This document shows, piece after piece, positions 24,710-37,537 of a stretch of DNA of 64,000 nucleotides. Position 1 is the stretch's first letter. Every line of letters begins with the position of its first letter. The stretch lies in the NCBI RefSeq assembly GCF_963921235.1, contig NC_086097.1, positions 70,744,001 to 70,808,000 on the forward strand. Direction: 5' to 3'. The notes below the pieces were generated by a model that did not search any database, was not told where the DNA came from, and was given only the letters and a program-made list of their open reading frames with translations. Source of the DNA: Mobula hypostoma. Its lineage: Eukaryota. Position numbers and translations under genes: made by a program.

Positions 24710-24857
24710 TTGCCTCTAAACACCTTAACTAAAACTATTCTGGTCTGGTTGAGCTGAACAAGGTAAAACAAAATACCATATAACTTCAGAAGATGCATCA
24801 TCAAAGCATATCAGCAGCAGAAACAGGGCGTTTATGACATTATGCTACACATGGGGG

Positions 24858-24950
24858 GCCCTAATGAAGGGTTTTGGCCCGAAACGTCAACCGTATGTTC
24901 ACTTCTATAGATTTTTGTTGACCTGCTGAGTTCCTTTAGTACTTTGTGTT
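24858..24950 (+). mobile_element. Penelope pLTR fragment with a mutated hammerhead
   Basis: CTAATGA AGGGTTTTGGCCC GAAACGTC (core CTGATGA mutated to CTAATGA). Confidence 0.7.
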
Positions 24951-27757
24951 CAAGGATTTTATAGCTTAATAATAACATCGTTTGTTGGTGATTCATCCTT
25001 TATCAAACAGCACATCTATGACTTCAGTTGAGAAAATCCATGATATACAATAAATGATCTCTTACACCATTGAACATACAAACTTCGACAGAAATTGCCA
25101 TTTTCTTAATTATTGTCGCTTTGCTTATTGTGTTGCTATGAAGGCTAAATCCAGTCTATGAGGAGTTAATTCCCAGAGATACATGTTTTTTGAGAGTATT
25201 GTAAAGTGTGTATTCTGTGGACAAGTGGGTGGAAGCCTGAATGATTAGGTAGGACAACCATCAAATTCCTTGCTTATTATGTTAATTTTTAGACAATATG
25301 ATTCATTAATGCCTGGCCACAAGTGTTTCATATGTATGATTGAATGAGTACACCACAAAAATGGGGCTCAGCTGAATTGACATATTCAGGAGCTGCCAAA
25401 TGAGAGGATTCATTTTGCATCAAAGTTGATGTGTTAGGCGTATTTTGGATTAGTGCAATATTGTAGAATGCAATTGAAATGAATTTTGTTTGAAACCTGA
25501 CAGCTGAGCACAAGCAAATTCTTTGTGATTTGTGTCCTCTTTGTATGAGGCACATCAGTCTCCTCTCTATAGTCATTGCTTCCAGGATCTTCCCATCTCA
25601 CAGGTCCTCAACAATGATAAACCTGTGTCCTAGTTCAGGAGCACTGTACTTTCTCTATAACAGTCACACAACATTCTGCATTTTGTTTTCTTTTAGATAA
25701 ATACCATAAGACATAGGAGCAGAATTAGGCCATTTGGCCCATCGTGTTTGCTCCACCATTCAATCATGGCTGACCCTTCAATATAATGGTGTATGGCAGG
25801 ATCTGATTGGTTGAGATGCAAAACAAAAGCTTTTTGCTGCATCCCTTTACATATGCCAATGATAAGCCAATTACCGATACCGGAAGTGGTGAAGTAGTGG
25901 TTTAGGGCATTCACATACAAGGCAATGTGGAATCTTCACAGATGAGGCTTTTCAGGGTGGCCTTAACTGAACAGTTACATTATCTGGAAGCACATGGGTC
26001 TACCCCACAGATGATGAACTTTGTGCAAAGGAAGGAGTGAACTTCAGAGGTAAATTCCATCAGGTTTGCTCAAATCAGAACAATGCGTGGGGCTGAAGGA
26101 AGACATTCAGCTCTTCATACTCCCTAAAAATTGTACTGTTTGGCTTTCCTCCAAGTCTAGCTTTGTAGGTTCTGGCTGCTTATGCAGAGAACTTCAAAAA
26201 GCAGTTGGGTTTGTGCCTCTATGTCATTATTTCAGGCAAAGAGTTCCAGACACTCACTTGGGTGAAAACATTTTTCTAATGGCCCATCTATTCCTTGCAC
26301 CTATTAATTTATCAGTTGCCAAAGAAAAAAGGTCCTTCCTGTTTATTTTGTCTCGGCTTCTTATTTTTGTGTGCACCTCAGTTAAATTTCCTCTCAGTTT
26401 CTTTTGTTCCAAGCAAAATATCCCCGGCTGCTGTGACGGCAATTCAGCCCCAGTCTCTGAACTGGATCAAAAGCCCAGGGCTCTGGATGTCAGATCTAGG
26501 AGGTTAATCGTTCAGCCGCCTTCAATGCACACTCAAAACATCTATTGGGAAGAGACCACTAACTGAAGTAATCAATAGCAGTGGGCCTGGCTTCTGATAT
26601 TTCCAGAGGATTATGGAGGAAAGGAAGGTAGTTCAGTGGAACAGAATGGTGATGAATGGTGGTAATTGGGTTTTTATTATAAATATTATTATTAAGATGC
26701 ACGATCATGTTTGATGGTACAAGAGACACTCTACTGTATACCATGGATAGTCTCATGTGAAATCTATTAAATAAAAGAGATGGACCATTAATGATCAAAG
26801 CTATTATTAAACTGTACCTTTGAGGCCCACAATCAGTACAGGTCATTAAATGTCCTCACCGGAGGGACCATATTAAACTTTATTGTCATTGCTGAGGGCA
26901 ATGAGATTGCAGTGCAACGCCATTCCATGCAGAACTGCACTCTGGCAATTCACTTACTAAAGACACAATGACTGAATTTAAATTAACATCTGAGTTATTT
27001 GGAATGATATCTAAGTTAAAAATGAATTAAAAGCAAACAACCCTAAAATTAAAAGGAACAGTGGCTGCCCCATTCAAGTTTTGCACATGCCCATGTTATA
27101 AAATACAATGATTAAATATAAAATAGAATCAAGAGTTAAAGCTGAAATTTAGAAAAATCAAAGAGCTCTGAAATCAAAGGCTGATTTAAACCGAAATGAC
27201 CCGCATATTGCACTTTGAGATTGTCCGTAGTGCCTATGGACTAAGGGTGGGTGGGGCAGGCATTGTTCAGTTGCACAACAGCCCTGGGGATAAAGCTGTT
27301 TTTCAGTCTGGATGCCCATAGAAAGATGTTTCTGTATCTTCTGGAAGGTGGGAGATTGTATAGGTGATTACTGGGGTGGGATGCTTCCATCACGATGTTA
27401 TGATCTTCCCGTAGACAGTCTGAGTTGTAGGTGATTTCCAAATCTGATACTTGTGTCCCAATGTTCTGTGCAATCTTGCTGATCACTTGCTGAAATGCTT
27501 TCTGGTCAATCTTCTTGCGGCTAGTGTACCATACTGTCATGCAGTAGTTTGTATGCTCTCAATGTCACATCGGTAAAAGTTTACCAGCAGCTTTTGAGGC
27601 TGAGTTGCTCTCTTTAAACTCCGAAGAAAGGGTAGACACTGCTGACACTTCCCTACTATCAAGGAGATGTTGATAGTCCAAGAGAGCTGCTCTGCGATGT
27701 TCACTGCCAGGAACATAAAGCTGGAGATCCTTTCCACTGCTTCACCATTTATTAATG

Positions 27758-29270
27758 TAGAACATAGAACATAGAACATAGAACATAGAACAGTACAGCA
27801 CAGTACAGGCCCTTCGGCCCACAATGTTGTGCCGACCCTCAAAATCTGCCTCCTATATAAGCCCACACCTTAAATTCCTCCATATACCTGTCTAGTAGTC
27901 TCTTAAACTTCACTAGTGTATCTGCCTCCACCACTGACTCAGGCAGTGCATTCCACGCACCAACCACTCTCTGAGTAAAAGACCTTCCTCTAATATCCCC
28001 CTTGAACTTCTCACCCCTTACCTTAAAGCCATGTCCTCTTGTATTGAGCAGTGGTGCCCTGGGGAAGAGGCGCTGGCTATCCACTCTATCTATTCCTCTT
28101 ATTATCTTGTACACCTCTAACATGTCTCCTCTCATCCTCCTTCTCTCCAAAGAGTATGCCCTAGCTCCCTTAATCTCTGATTATCATGCATACTCTCTAA
28201 ACCAGGCAGCATCCTGGTAAATCTCCTCTGTACCCTTTCCAATGCTTCCACATCCTTCCTTTAGTGAGGCGACCAGAACTGGACACAGTACTCCAAGTGT
28301 GGCCTAACCAGAGTTTTATAGAGCTGCATCATTACATCGCGACTCTTAAACTCTATCCCTCGACTTATGAAAGCTAACACCCCATAAGCTTTCTTAACTA
28401 CCCTATCCACCTGTGAGGCAACTTTCAGGGATCTGTGGACATGTACCCCCAGATCCCTCTGCTCTTCCACACTACCAAGTATCCTGCCATTTACTTTGTA
28501 CTCTACCTTGGAGTTTGTCCTTCCAAAGTGTACTACCTCACTTCTCCGGGTTGAACTCGATCAGCCCATTCCTGCATCCTATCAATGTCTCTCTGCAATC
28601 TTTGACAATCCTCTACACTATCTAAGAGTCGTCTGCAGACTTGCCAGCCCACCCTCCTACCCCCACATCCAGGTCGTTAATAAAAATCACGAAAAGTAGA
28701 GGTCCCAGGATAGATCCTTGTGGGACACCACTAGTCACAATCCTCCAGTCTGAATGTACTCCCTCCACCACGACCCTCTGCCTTCTGCAGGCAAGCCAAT
28801 TCTGAATCCACCTGGCCAAACTTCCCTGGATCCCATGCTTTCTGACTTTCTGAATAAGCCTACCGTGTGGAACCTTGTCAAATGCCTTACTAAAATCCAT
28901 ATAGATCACATCCACTGCACTACCCTCATCTATATGCCTGGTCACCTCTTCAAAGAACTCTATCAGGCTTGTTAGACACGATCTGCCCTTCAAAAAGCCA
29001 TGCTGACTGTCCCTGATCAGACCATGATTCTCTAAATGCCCAGATATCCTATCTCTAAGAATCTTTTCCAACAGCTTTCCCACCACAGAGTAAGGCTCAC
29101 TGGTCTATAATTACCCAGACTATCCCTACTACCTTTTTTGAACAAGGGGACAACATTCGCCTCCCTCCAATCCTCCGGTACCATTCCCGTGGACAACGAG
29201 GACATAAAGATCCTAGCCAGAGGCTCAGCAATCTCTTCCCTCGCCTCGTGGAGCAGCCTGGGGAGTATGC
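27758..29270 (-). mobile_element. CR1 LINE, 5'-truncated, with (TTCTATG)n tail
   Basis: ORFs 28622-29086 ([23 protein letters not shown]), 28261-28470 and 27839-28150. Heptamer tail (AGAACAT)n at about 27758-27791. Confidence 0.93.
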
Positions 29271-29369
29271 CGTTTCATTGTTATTTTTAGTTAATTCTAA
29301 TCACTGTGGTGTCATCTGCAAATTTGCTAATGCATTTGGTGGCATAGGCAGAGGCACAGTCATGGGTCA

Positions 29370-30648
29370 AATTAGATCTACTCCAGTTTGCCTACTGAAG
29401 CAACAGGTCTACAGCAGATGCCATCTTACTGGCCCTTCACACAACCCTGGAACATCTGGACAGCAAAGATTCACACATCAGGATACTCTTTGTCATTAAC
29501 AACTCAGCATTTATTACCATCATCCACTAATCAGTAAACTCCAAGACCTAGGCCTCAGTACCCTCTTGTGCAATTGGATATTGGATTTCCTTACTTGTAG
29601 ACCCTATTCAGTTGGAATTGGCAGAAACATCTCCTCCACAATTTCCATCAGCACAGGAGAACCACAGGATGTGTGCTTAGCCCCCTGCTCTACTCGCTTC
29701 ACAACTATGACGGTGTGGCTAGGTACAGCTCCAACACCATATACAAGTTTGCTAATGACACCACTGTTGTGGGCCGTATCAAAGGTGGTGATTAATCAGC
29801 ATACAGGAGGGAGTTGAAAACTTGACTGAATGGTGTAATAAGAACAAACTTTTAACTCAGTGTTAAAAAGACCAAGGAACCGATTGTAGGCTTCAGGAGG
29901 GGGAAACCAGAGGTCCATGAGCCAGTCCTCATTGTGGTGGAGAGGGTCAGTAACTTTAAATTCCTGGGTGTCACTATCTCAGAGGACCTATCTTGGAACC
30001 ATCATATACATACAATTGCAATGAAAGCACAACAGCTCTACTTTCTCAGGAGTCTGCAGAGATTGGGCATGTCCTCAGAAACCTTGGTAAACTTCTATAG
30101 ATGTGTGGAAAGTGTGCTGACTGGCTGCATTACGGCCTGGTTTGGGAACACCAAAGCCTTTGAGTAGAAAATCCTACCAAAGGTAGTGGATTTGGCCCAG
30201 TACATCATGGGTAAAACCCTCCCAACCATTGAGCACATCAACACGAAATGTTCCCGTAGAAAAGCAGCATCCATCACAGATCCTCAACACCCAGGCCATG
30301 CTCTTTTCTTGCTGCTGACATCAGGAAGAAGGTACAGAAGCCTCAGGACTCACACCACCAGGTTCAAGAACAGTTACTACCCCTCAACTATCAGGCTGTT
30401 GAGCAAAAGGGGATAACTACACTCATTCTACTCCTGGTGTTCCCACAACCGATGGTCTCATTTTAAGGACTCTGTCTTGTTCTTACATGCTCATTATTTA
30501 TTGCTATTTATTTATATTTGCATTTGCACGATTTGTTGCCATTGATCTTGCTTACAGTCACTGCTGAGTATGCACGCAGAAAAATAATCGCAGGGTTGTA
30601 TGTGGTGATATGTATGTACACTGATAATAAATTTTACTTTGAACTTTG
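29370..30648 (+). mobile_element. Rex1/Babar LINE, 5'-truncated
   Basis: [51 protein letters not shown] tail. Confidence 0.9.
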
Positions 30649-33600
30649 TAAAGGAAAGGGCTCATTACACGTCCCTTGTGGTGCACTGACGTTTAGGGTC
30701 AGGGAGGTTGACGTGTATTTCCCTGGTCTGACTGAGTGCGAGTGGTAAGAAAGTTCAGAATCCAGTTGCAGATTGATGTATTGAGCTCCAAATTGTGTAG
30801 TTTAATGGTCAACATGTTGGGGAGTATGGTGCTGAAGGCAGTACCGTGGTCGATAAAAAGCAGTCTGGTGTAGATGTCCTATGCTTCAGGTGTTCCAGTA
30901 TGATGTTGGGAGCAATGGAGATGGTGTCCTCAGTTGATCTGCTTGCTTTATAGGAAATCTGGTGCTGGTCCAGAGTAGCAGGGATGGCATTCTTAATGTG
31001 GGACATAACCAGTCTCTCCAGGCACTTGGTAACTATGGGATGAGCGCAACTGGCCTGCAGTTGTTGAAGCGTGTTACCACCGATTGCTTTAGGATTGGTA
31101 TGATTGTTGATGTATTGAAGCATGCAGGGACCACAGCAAGGAACAGAGAGAGGTTATAGATTTCAGTAAGATCGTCTGCCAACTGGTCAGCGCAGTCCCT
31201 GAGGACCCGACCGGGGTATGCCATCTGATCCAGCTGCTTTGTGTGTGTTGATATTATGGAGTGCATATCACCTCACGTGTGCTCAGTGTCAGTGCCGTGT
31301 CCTACTCAGGTGCCAGGGCCTTTATCACTGGTTCAATGTTGTCCCTGACAAGCCGAGCACCGACATCATTTAGCTCCTTAGCTAGTGTGGCAGCGCTGTA
31401 TGCAGGGCATCTTTCCGTTATAGACAGTGATGGAGCTGATGCCTTCCCCTGGAGTTTTCCCCTGGAAGCCGTGGAGGTTTCAAATTCCCCTTTGTTGTGT
31501 CCAAAATTGGAGCCATTTTCTGGACTATTGGCCATATTTGGAATGAGGCCAGAGCACTCAGAGGAAACCCACATACTGTAGTTGCAGAGAGAGAAGGTTT
31601 AGACCGAACCTTTCTGTCTTCTACTGTAGAGTGTGAGGTACCTGGTACCTGTCAATTTGCAGGTAAGTTACCTGTAAGCATATTTCTTGGCATTTGCTTA
31701 TAGTCTCCCCACATATGTCCTGTTGAAAGCCTCAAACCTCCACTTCCACTTCAGACCTGATCTTTCTTGTGAACTACCACTACCTGCAGGTGGAGCTAAT
31801 GGAAGAAAGGACTTGGTTTGCTTATTACATGTTCAAGGTCTTACAGACCTCATAAGTATGCTAAAGGTGAATATTGTACAAAAGTTGATGGCTTTAACTT
31901 GTAAGAAATTTGCTGGAAATTCCTGGTCATGATCCTTAATATATCTTTAGTGTGACTATATGCTTTACTGTTTGTTTTTATGTTGCTTGTGCTGAGTATA
32001 TCTGTGGGTACTGTGTTTTACACCTTAGCCCTGGAGAAATGCTGTTTTGTTTGGCTGTATTCATGTGTATAGTATGGGTATTCATGTACAGTATCGTTGA
32101 ATGACTATTAAACTTGAACTTGAAATTTGGAAGTGAGAGAAGGTGCAGATCTCAGTCTTGTCCTTTCTTGTGCCTTTCCCACTGAAGTGAAATAGGATTT
32201 ATACAGTTAAATTTTTTCCATTTGTCAGTCAAAGAGAATCAGAGTCAGGTTTAATATCACTTGCATATGTCGTGAAATTTGTAGTTGCGCATCAGCAGTA
32301 TGTTGCAATACATAATAATAGAAATTCTAAATTATAAACAGATGGAAAAGTTATTGCCAGGTATGAAAGTGTGCAGCCTTTGCTGTGAAGTAAGTGGCAC
32401 TGTGTTATATAATGAGCAGTAAAGCACTATAATTAGATTTCATATCCAAGGTGATCAGTCTTTTCTTTGCATGACATTTTTATTGCTGCGTCAGGTCATG
32501 AACCAGTTCAAATTTCCATTATTTTCTTTTCACAGGCTTCTGATAAAAAAAAAATCAAAATTCCCATTTGTTGTGTCCAAAATTGGAGCCATATGCAATC
32601 TAGTGTTGAGAGACAAGGAGAAAATGGTATATTTAATAAGCGTTTAATTTTTATTTTCTCTGCATAAATTCAATGTTCAAATGTTTGTGATATCTGTTGC
32701 AAGCTAGATGGATAAAAAATCTGTGTTTATTAATATCGTTATTTTTGCCATGTTACCTTTCTTCTTAATCAGGGGATGAGGAACTGGTCTAAAGATTATT
32801 CAGCTCACCAATAGGCCAGGTACAACTCTTCATGCTTCATCCCTTGGTTCTGTTCCTTTGACAAAGCACATTATTTTTGCACCTTTTAGCACAACATATT
32901 ATTCTAGATGGCTTGGCACATTGATGTTGCCAGACGAATGTATTTTCTGGACGATCGGCCATTGTTTGGAATGAGACCAGCACATCTGGAGGAAACGCAC
33001 ATAGTTGCAGAGAGAGAACATGCAGCTTTCACTCAGGTAGTACTGGAACACTGGAGCTTCGAGGCAGCAGCTCCACTAGTTGTAGCACTCTGTCTTGAGG
33101 GAATGGGGAGAGGGAGAGTGAGATGTTAGGTTACTGGAAATGTGATCAACATTTGAAAGAAGCCGTTTCACCGACCACGTGCATGCCACTGGTACCTATT
33201 TATGCTAATCCCATTTATCTGCTCTAGTTCTGAAGCTTTCTTTTCCCTTGGCGATTCAAGCACTTTAGAATGATTTAAAGTAAAGAATAGAAGGGAATTG
33301 GGGATCTTCGGTGGCATGAGGGTGCCTGGAAAGGTTCTGAAGTCATTAAAAATTTGAAACTTCAGGCTTTTACTTAATTTTGTGTCAGGGTATCCTCTTC
33401 ACCCAAAGGAATAGGCCATTGTTTTTCCACTCTTTGGGAAAAACCTGCTGTTCCTTTTGGCCAACCCATTGGTCAGGCATGGATTTATGCCAGAATATCA
33501 TAGCAGTGATGTCAACTTACAAACACAGACCTTAGCATTGCTATAACCACTTGGATCACCTGGTACTAAATTAGACATTTCTTGTTCTAATTGTATTTAT

Positions 33601-33649
33601 GCTTGTTTTCTGTGAATGCTAATTATATGATGCTATGCTGCTGAGTCCA

Positions 33650-34432
33650 TTTCTCTATACTCTGCTCACACACGACTGCACAGTCAAACGCCAAAGCGAT
33701 GACATTACCAAGTTCCCTGATGACACAACAGTGATGGGGCTCTTCACCAACAGTGATGAGAGGTGGAAGAACTTGAGGCCTAGTGCCAGGTAAACCACTT
33801 TCTTGATGTCAACCAGGAGATGGTTATCAACTTCGGGAAAACTCACATGATTCATATCCCTCTTTACATCGGAGGCATGACAGTGGAAACTACAGTTTCA
33901 AACTCCTGGGAGTGCATATCTCGCACGACCTCTCATCGTCTCAGAACCCATCCTCCACAGTCAAGAAAGGTCAACAGTGCCTCTACTTTCTAAGGAGGGT
34001 GAACAGAGCTACTCTATGCACACCATTACTCACAACCTTCTACAGGTGCACAGTGGAGTGCCTCCAAACATGCTACATCATCGTGTGGTATAGAAACTCC
34101 ACTGCCATGGACAGGAGAGCTCTGCAATGGATAGATAAACCTGTCCAGTGCATTACTGGCTCTAGCCCATCCACCATCACCCCTCACAACCACTACAAAC
34201 ACATTACCTAGCAACGTTGTATGTGTATACAGTCAATGTATATAACAGTTACTTGTACTTTGTGTTTTCTAGGATTGCTTTTATACTTATTGTTTATTTT
34301 GTTTGTTTTGTTTCATTGTGTTCTTGATGCTTATTGTGTTTTTTTATGTTGCATCAGATCCGGGGTAACAATTATTTAGTTCCCCTTTACACTCATATAC
34401 TGGAGAATGATAATAAATAAACTTCAATCTTG
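33650..34432 (+). mobile_element. Rex1/Babar LINE 3' fragment
   Basis: ORF 33912-34211 (QQCLYFLRR...FYRCTVE); AATAAA and a TTCAATCTTGAA tail. Confidence 0.8.
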
Positions 34433-35220
34433 AATGCTGCTGCCAGTAAGTTTTTAATTGCACCTCTGCATACATGTTCTTGTGTGTATTACGATAGACT
34501 TGATTTTGAACTTTGCATTGGATGTTGCATGTTGAGCAACACTAGTAATGGTTTAGCCAAAGGACTCTGTGGATCGGTGGTCTTACACATGGAGGACGCA
34601 TGCTACAGTTTCCAAAGTTTACTCTACATGTATGGTGTTCCTTGTATTTAGCAAAACAAACTCAGAGTAATTATTTTGCTTCTTAACTAGAATTTCTAGC
34701 CAACATAGCAATAGAAAATAACACGCTGCTGATTAGATGTTAACCTGGAGACTTTATTTTCATGCATGCAGTGCAGTTTAGATACATCTTTCGGTGATAC
34801 AAGTACAAGTTCCCAAATGTAGCTCTACTATATTTCCTTTGACCCATATCAGCGCCTTCAAGTTTTCAAAATGTCTGAATCCAGTTATGAAGAGGCTAAA
34901 ATTTTCTTCAATTAAACATTTAGAAGATGAAAGCCATTATTCTCAGCTCCTGTTATAAACCTCTTCATAACTTCTCACTACTTCAGTAAAGCAGCCCACA
35001 TAATCAAAGACCCCACCCACCCTGGACATTCTCTGTTGCAACCCCACCCCTCCCGCACCTTCAGGCAGATTCTAAAGCTTGCAAGTACATACCACCAGGG
35101 ACCAAGGTTTCTCTTATTCTGTGTTGTCACTTGTACTTCCTCGTTTTTTGTGCAGGGGAAGGGGATTTGGGGGGGGGTCAATATTCTTATTGCATTTTTG
35201 TGTGGGGGTGAGGTGGTTGG

Positions 35221-35487
35221 AGATTTGAAAGTGGGAGGGGGAGTGGAACTGAAGGAAGAGCTAGTAAGAGATTTGAGAGTCAAATCTCTTACTAGCTCTT
35301 CCTTCAGTTCTCCTCTGCCCCACTTTCAAATCTCTTACTAGCTCTTCCTTCAGTTAGTCCTGATGAAGGGTCTCGGCCCGAAACGTCGACTGTACCTCTT
35401 CTTAGAGATGCTGCCTGGCCTGCTGCGTTCACCAGCAACTTTGATGTGTGTTGCTTGAATTTCCAGCATCTGCAGAATTCCTCGTGT
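35221..35487 (+). mobile_element. Young Penelope pLTR with a 5' fold-back inversion
   Basis: Near-identical to the reverse complement of 60595-60750. Perfect 31-bp inverted repeat at 35246-35276 / 35280-35310. Confidence 0.9.
35351..35392 (+). ncRNA. Minimal type I hammerhead ribozyme (Penelope-type), core intact
   Basis: Stem I AGTC / GACT, core CTGATGA (35360-35366), stem II GGGTCTCGGCCC, GAAAC (35380-35384), cleavage triplet GTC (35385-35387). Confidence 0.8.
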
Positions 35488-35533
35488 ATACGAACAGTAG
35501 GAATTCTTATTTTAGTATAGCAAAGGTCCAGTG

Positions 35534-37537
35534 CAGAGTTTCTCAACCAGCGTTCTGTGTGAGGTTGCTAGGGGTTCCGTGAGAGATTGTGATTTAAAAA
35601 AATAAACATTGGTTTTCTGAACTTTGCGTGATGTTGGTGCTCGTAGTGGTGGACAGTGACTGTGCAGCCCTGTTAGAGCTCTCTCAGTCCAGTATGGCAG
35701 TGCGCAGTAGGACCATGTTTATTTTGTTGCGCCCATTCTCAGTTTTGACACAAGATAGGGGAGGCTGTTGGTAATTGGTGAGCACTGTACCGCGTGGATG
35801 GGAAGACGGTTGGTTGTTGAGCATGAAGTACGTTTTCTGAGCATTGAATAGACTCGCCCAATTTGCACTATGACGTCAGACTCTCCCTCCCGAATTACCT
35901 CCCCCAACTTCCCATTATGCGCTGCCAACTGACTTATGGGAGCAAACAAACTACCAGTGTAGTAAAAAATTGGAGGGAGTTTTTCATTCGGTTCAGTGTG
36001 GTGATTTTTGAAGAGGACGGTGTGAGATGAAAGAGGAGGACTCTAGGCCTAGGCCTGTGGACAATTCTGATAAGGTTAATGATGAAGAATTACAATCTTC
36101 TGAGTCATTTCACTGCACTAGTGCAACACCGGACACAAAAAAACATCTGTCTTTACAATGAAAGCTACTTATCAATGGGTTTTACATGGACTGGTGATCC
36201 AAGTTGTCCTATTGCATTATGCCTACTCTGTGGCAAATAACTTACAAATGTAGCGATGGTCCAGCAAAATTGAAAAGACACTTAACTACAAATCACAGAC
36301 ATATGACACGTAAAAGTGCTGATTATTTTAAATGACTATTGGAATCTCAAAACAAACAGATTAAAGCTTTTGAAAATAAATTCACAATCACTAAAAAGAT
36401 ACAGGAAGCAACTTATTTAGTAGCTTTAAGACCAATTCACTAGAGAATGTTTAAAAACTGTGAAAACTTGGAGAAAGAGCATATCAATCTCCCGCTACAT
36501 ACAGAAATCAGGTAGAGGAAGAGTTCTTAATAAGGTGTTTGATCTGAAAGGTGAATTTCAGGAGTACCTTCAAGAAAATTGTAGGCCAGATTTTGCTGAG
36601 TGCTTTGAAGATGAAGAATGGCTGCAGAAAGTAGCCTACTTAACGGACATGTTTCATATTATGAACCAGTTGAACAAATCTCTGCAAGGTCGTGGATAAA
36701 ATGTTTTGACTTTCAAGTGTCAAGATTTATGGATTTAAAAAGAAACTGAATCTTTGGAAAAATCATGTTGCAAAAGAAATCTTGAAATGTTTCCACTGCT
36801 GCTTCAGCTTGAGAGTGAGGAAGGGGATCAGAAAGTCTTAGGTCTTATTGAAAACCACCTGGAAGAACAGCAGAACAAAATTGAACAGTACTTTTCCTCC
36901 CTTTCAACACAAGTGTATGACTGGGTGAGTGACCTTTTCTCTGAATCTTCCGTTCAGCCTGGGAACTCAACTTTGAGAGAGGAGAAAGAACTTTGTGAGC
37001 TGCATTCTGATCATGCGATCAAGATTTACTGACATGCCCTTGGGCAAATTCTGGATTTCTGTGAAAGAAGAGTGTTCTGCCATTCATAGGAAAACAATGA
37101 ACACTTTGCTGCAGTTTTCAACTTCTTACATGTGTGAAAGCTTCTTCTTGTTTAACAGGCATCAAGAGCAAGGATAGAAATTGTCTCCTTTCAGCTGAAG
37201 GTGAAATCCATGTGTGTTTATCTCAAGTTCGATCCAGAATTAAGAAATTTATTCTGTTTGCCTTATGAGTTTTTAAAATTGATGAAAAGGAAAGAAAGAG
37301 ATTAATTTCAAGAAGGTAAGCTAAACTTATCTATCTTTTTTTCAAGAAAGGTTGGCTAAAATATTCATTCTCAACTCAAAAGAGCATTGACATTTATTTT
37401 TGGATTATTATATCTACAGTTCACTAATCACACTAATGTTCCATGAGCTCCAGATATAACAATTTTTATGCCGGGGTTCCCTGGACCTGAAACTTATTTC
37501 AAGGGTTCCTCCAGCGCAAAAAGTTTGAGAAAGGCTG
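35534..37537 (+). mobile_element. hAT (Charlie/Buster-like) DNA transposon, internally deleted
   Basis: TIRs CAGAGTTTCTCAACC and GTTTGAGAAAGGCTG (reverse complement CAGCCTTTCTCAAAC). Transposase remnants YLSMGFTWTG..CLLCGK..PAKLKRHL (BED finger), RGRVL...AYLTDMFHIMNQLNKSLQG, FW...FSTSYMCE (hATC). Confidence 0.92.

Larger units (their letters stand above)
27200..31500 (-). mobile_element. Old Rex1/Babar LINE split by two younger insertions
   Basis: Segments 27200-27757, ~29270-29365 and ~30650-31500 continue one minus-strand RT (GRVLRDCADQLA...CLERLVMSHIK...LLVNFYRCDIES...SFIPRAVVQLN). Confidence 0.78.

Noticed and set aside
27758..27791. (AGAACAT)n tandem array
   Set aside because: It is the 3' microsatellite tail of the adjacent CR1. 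There are no spacers, so it is not CRISPR-like.
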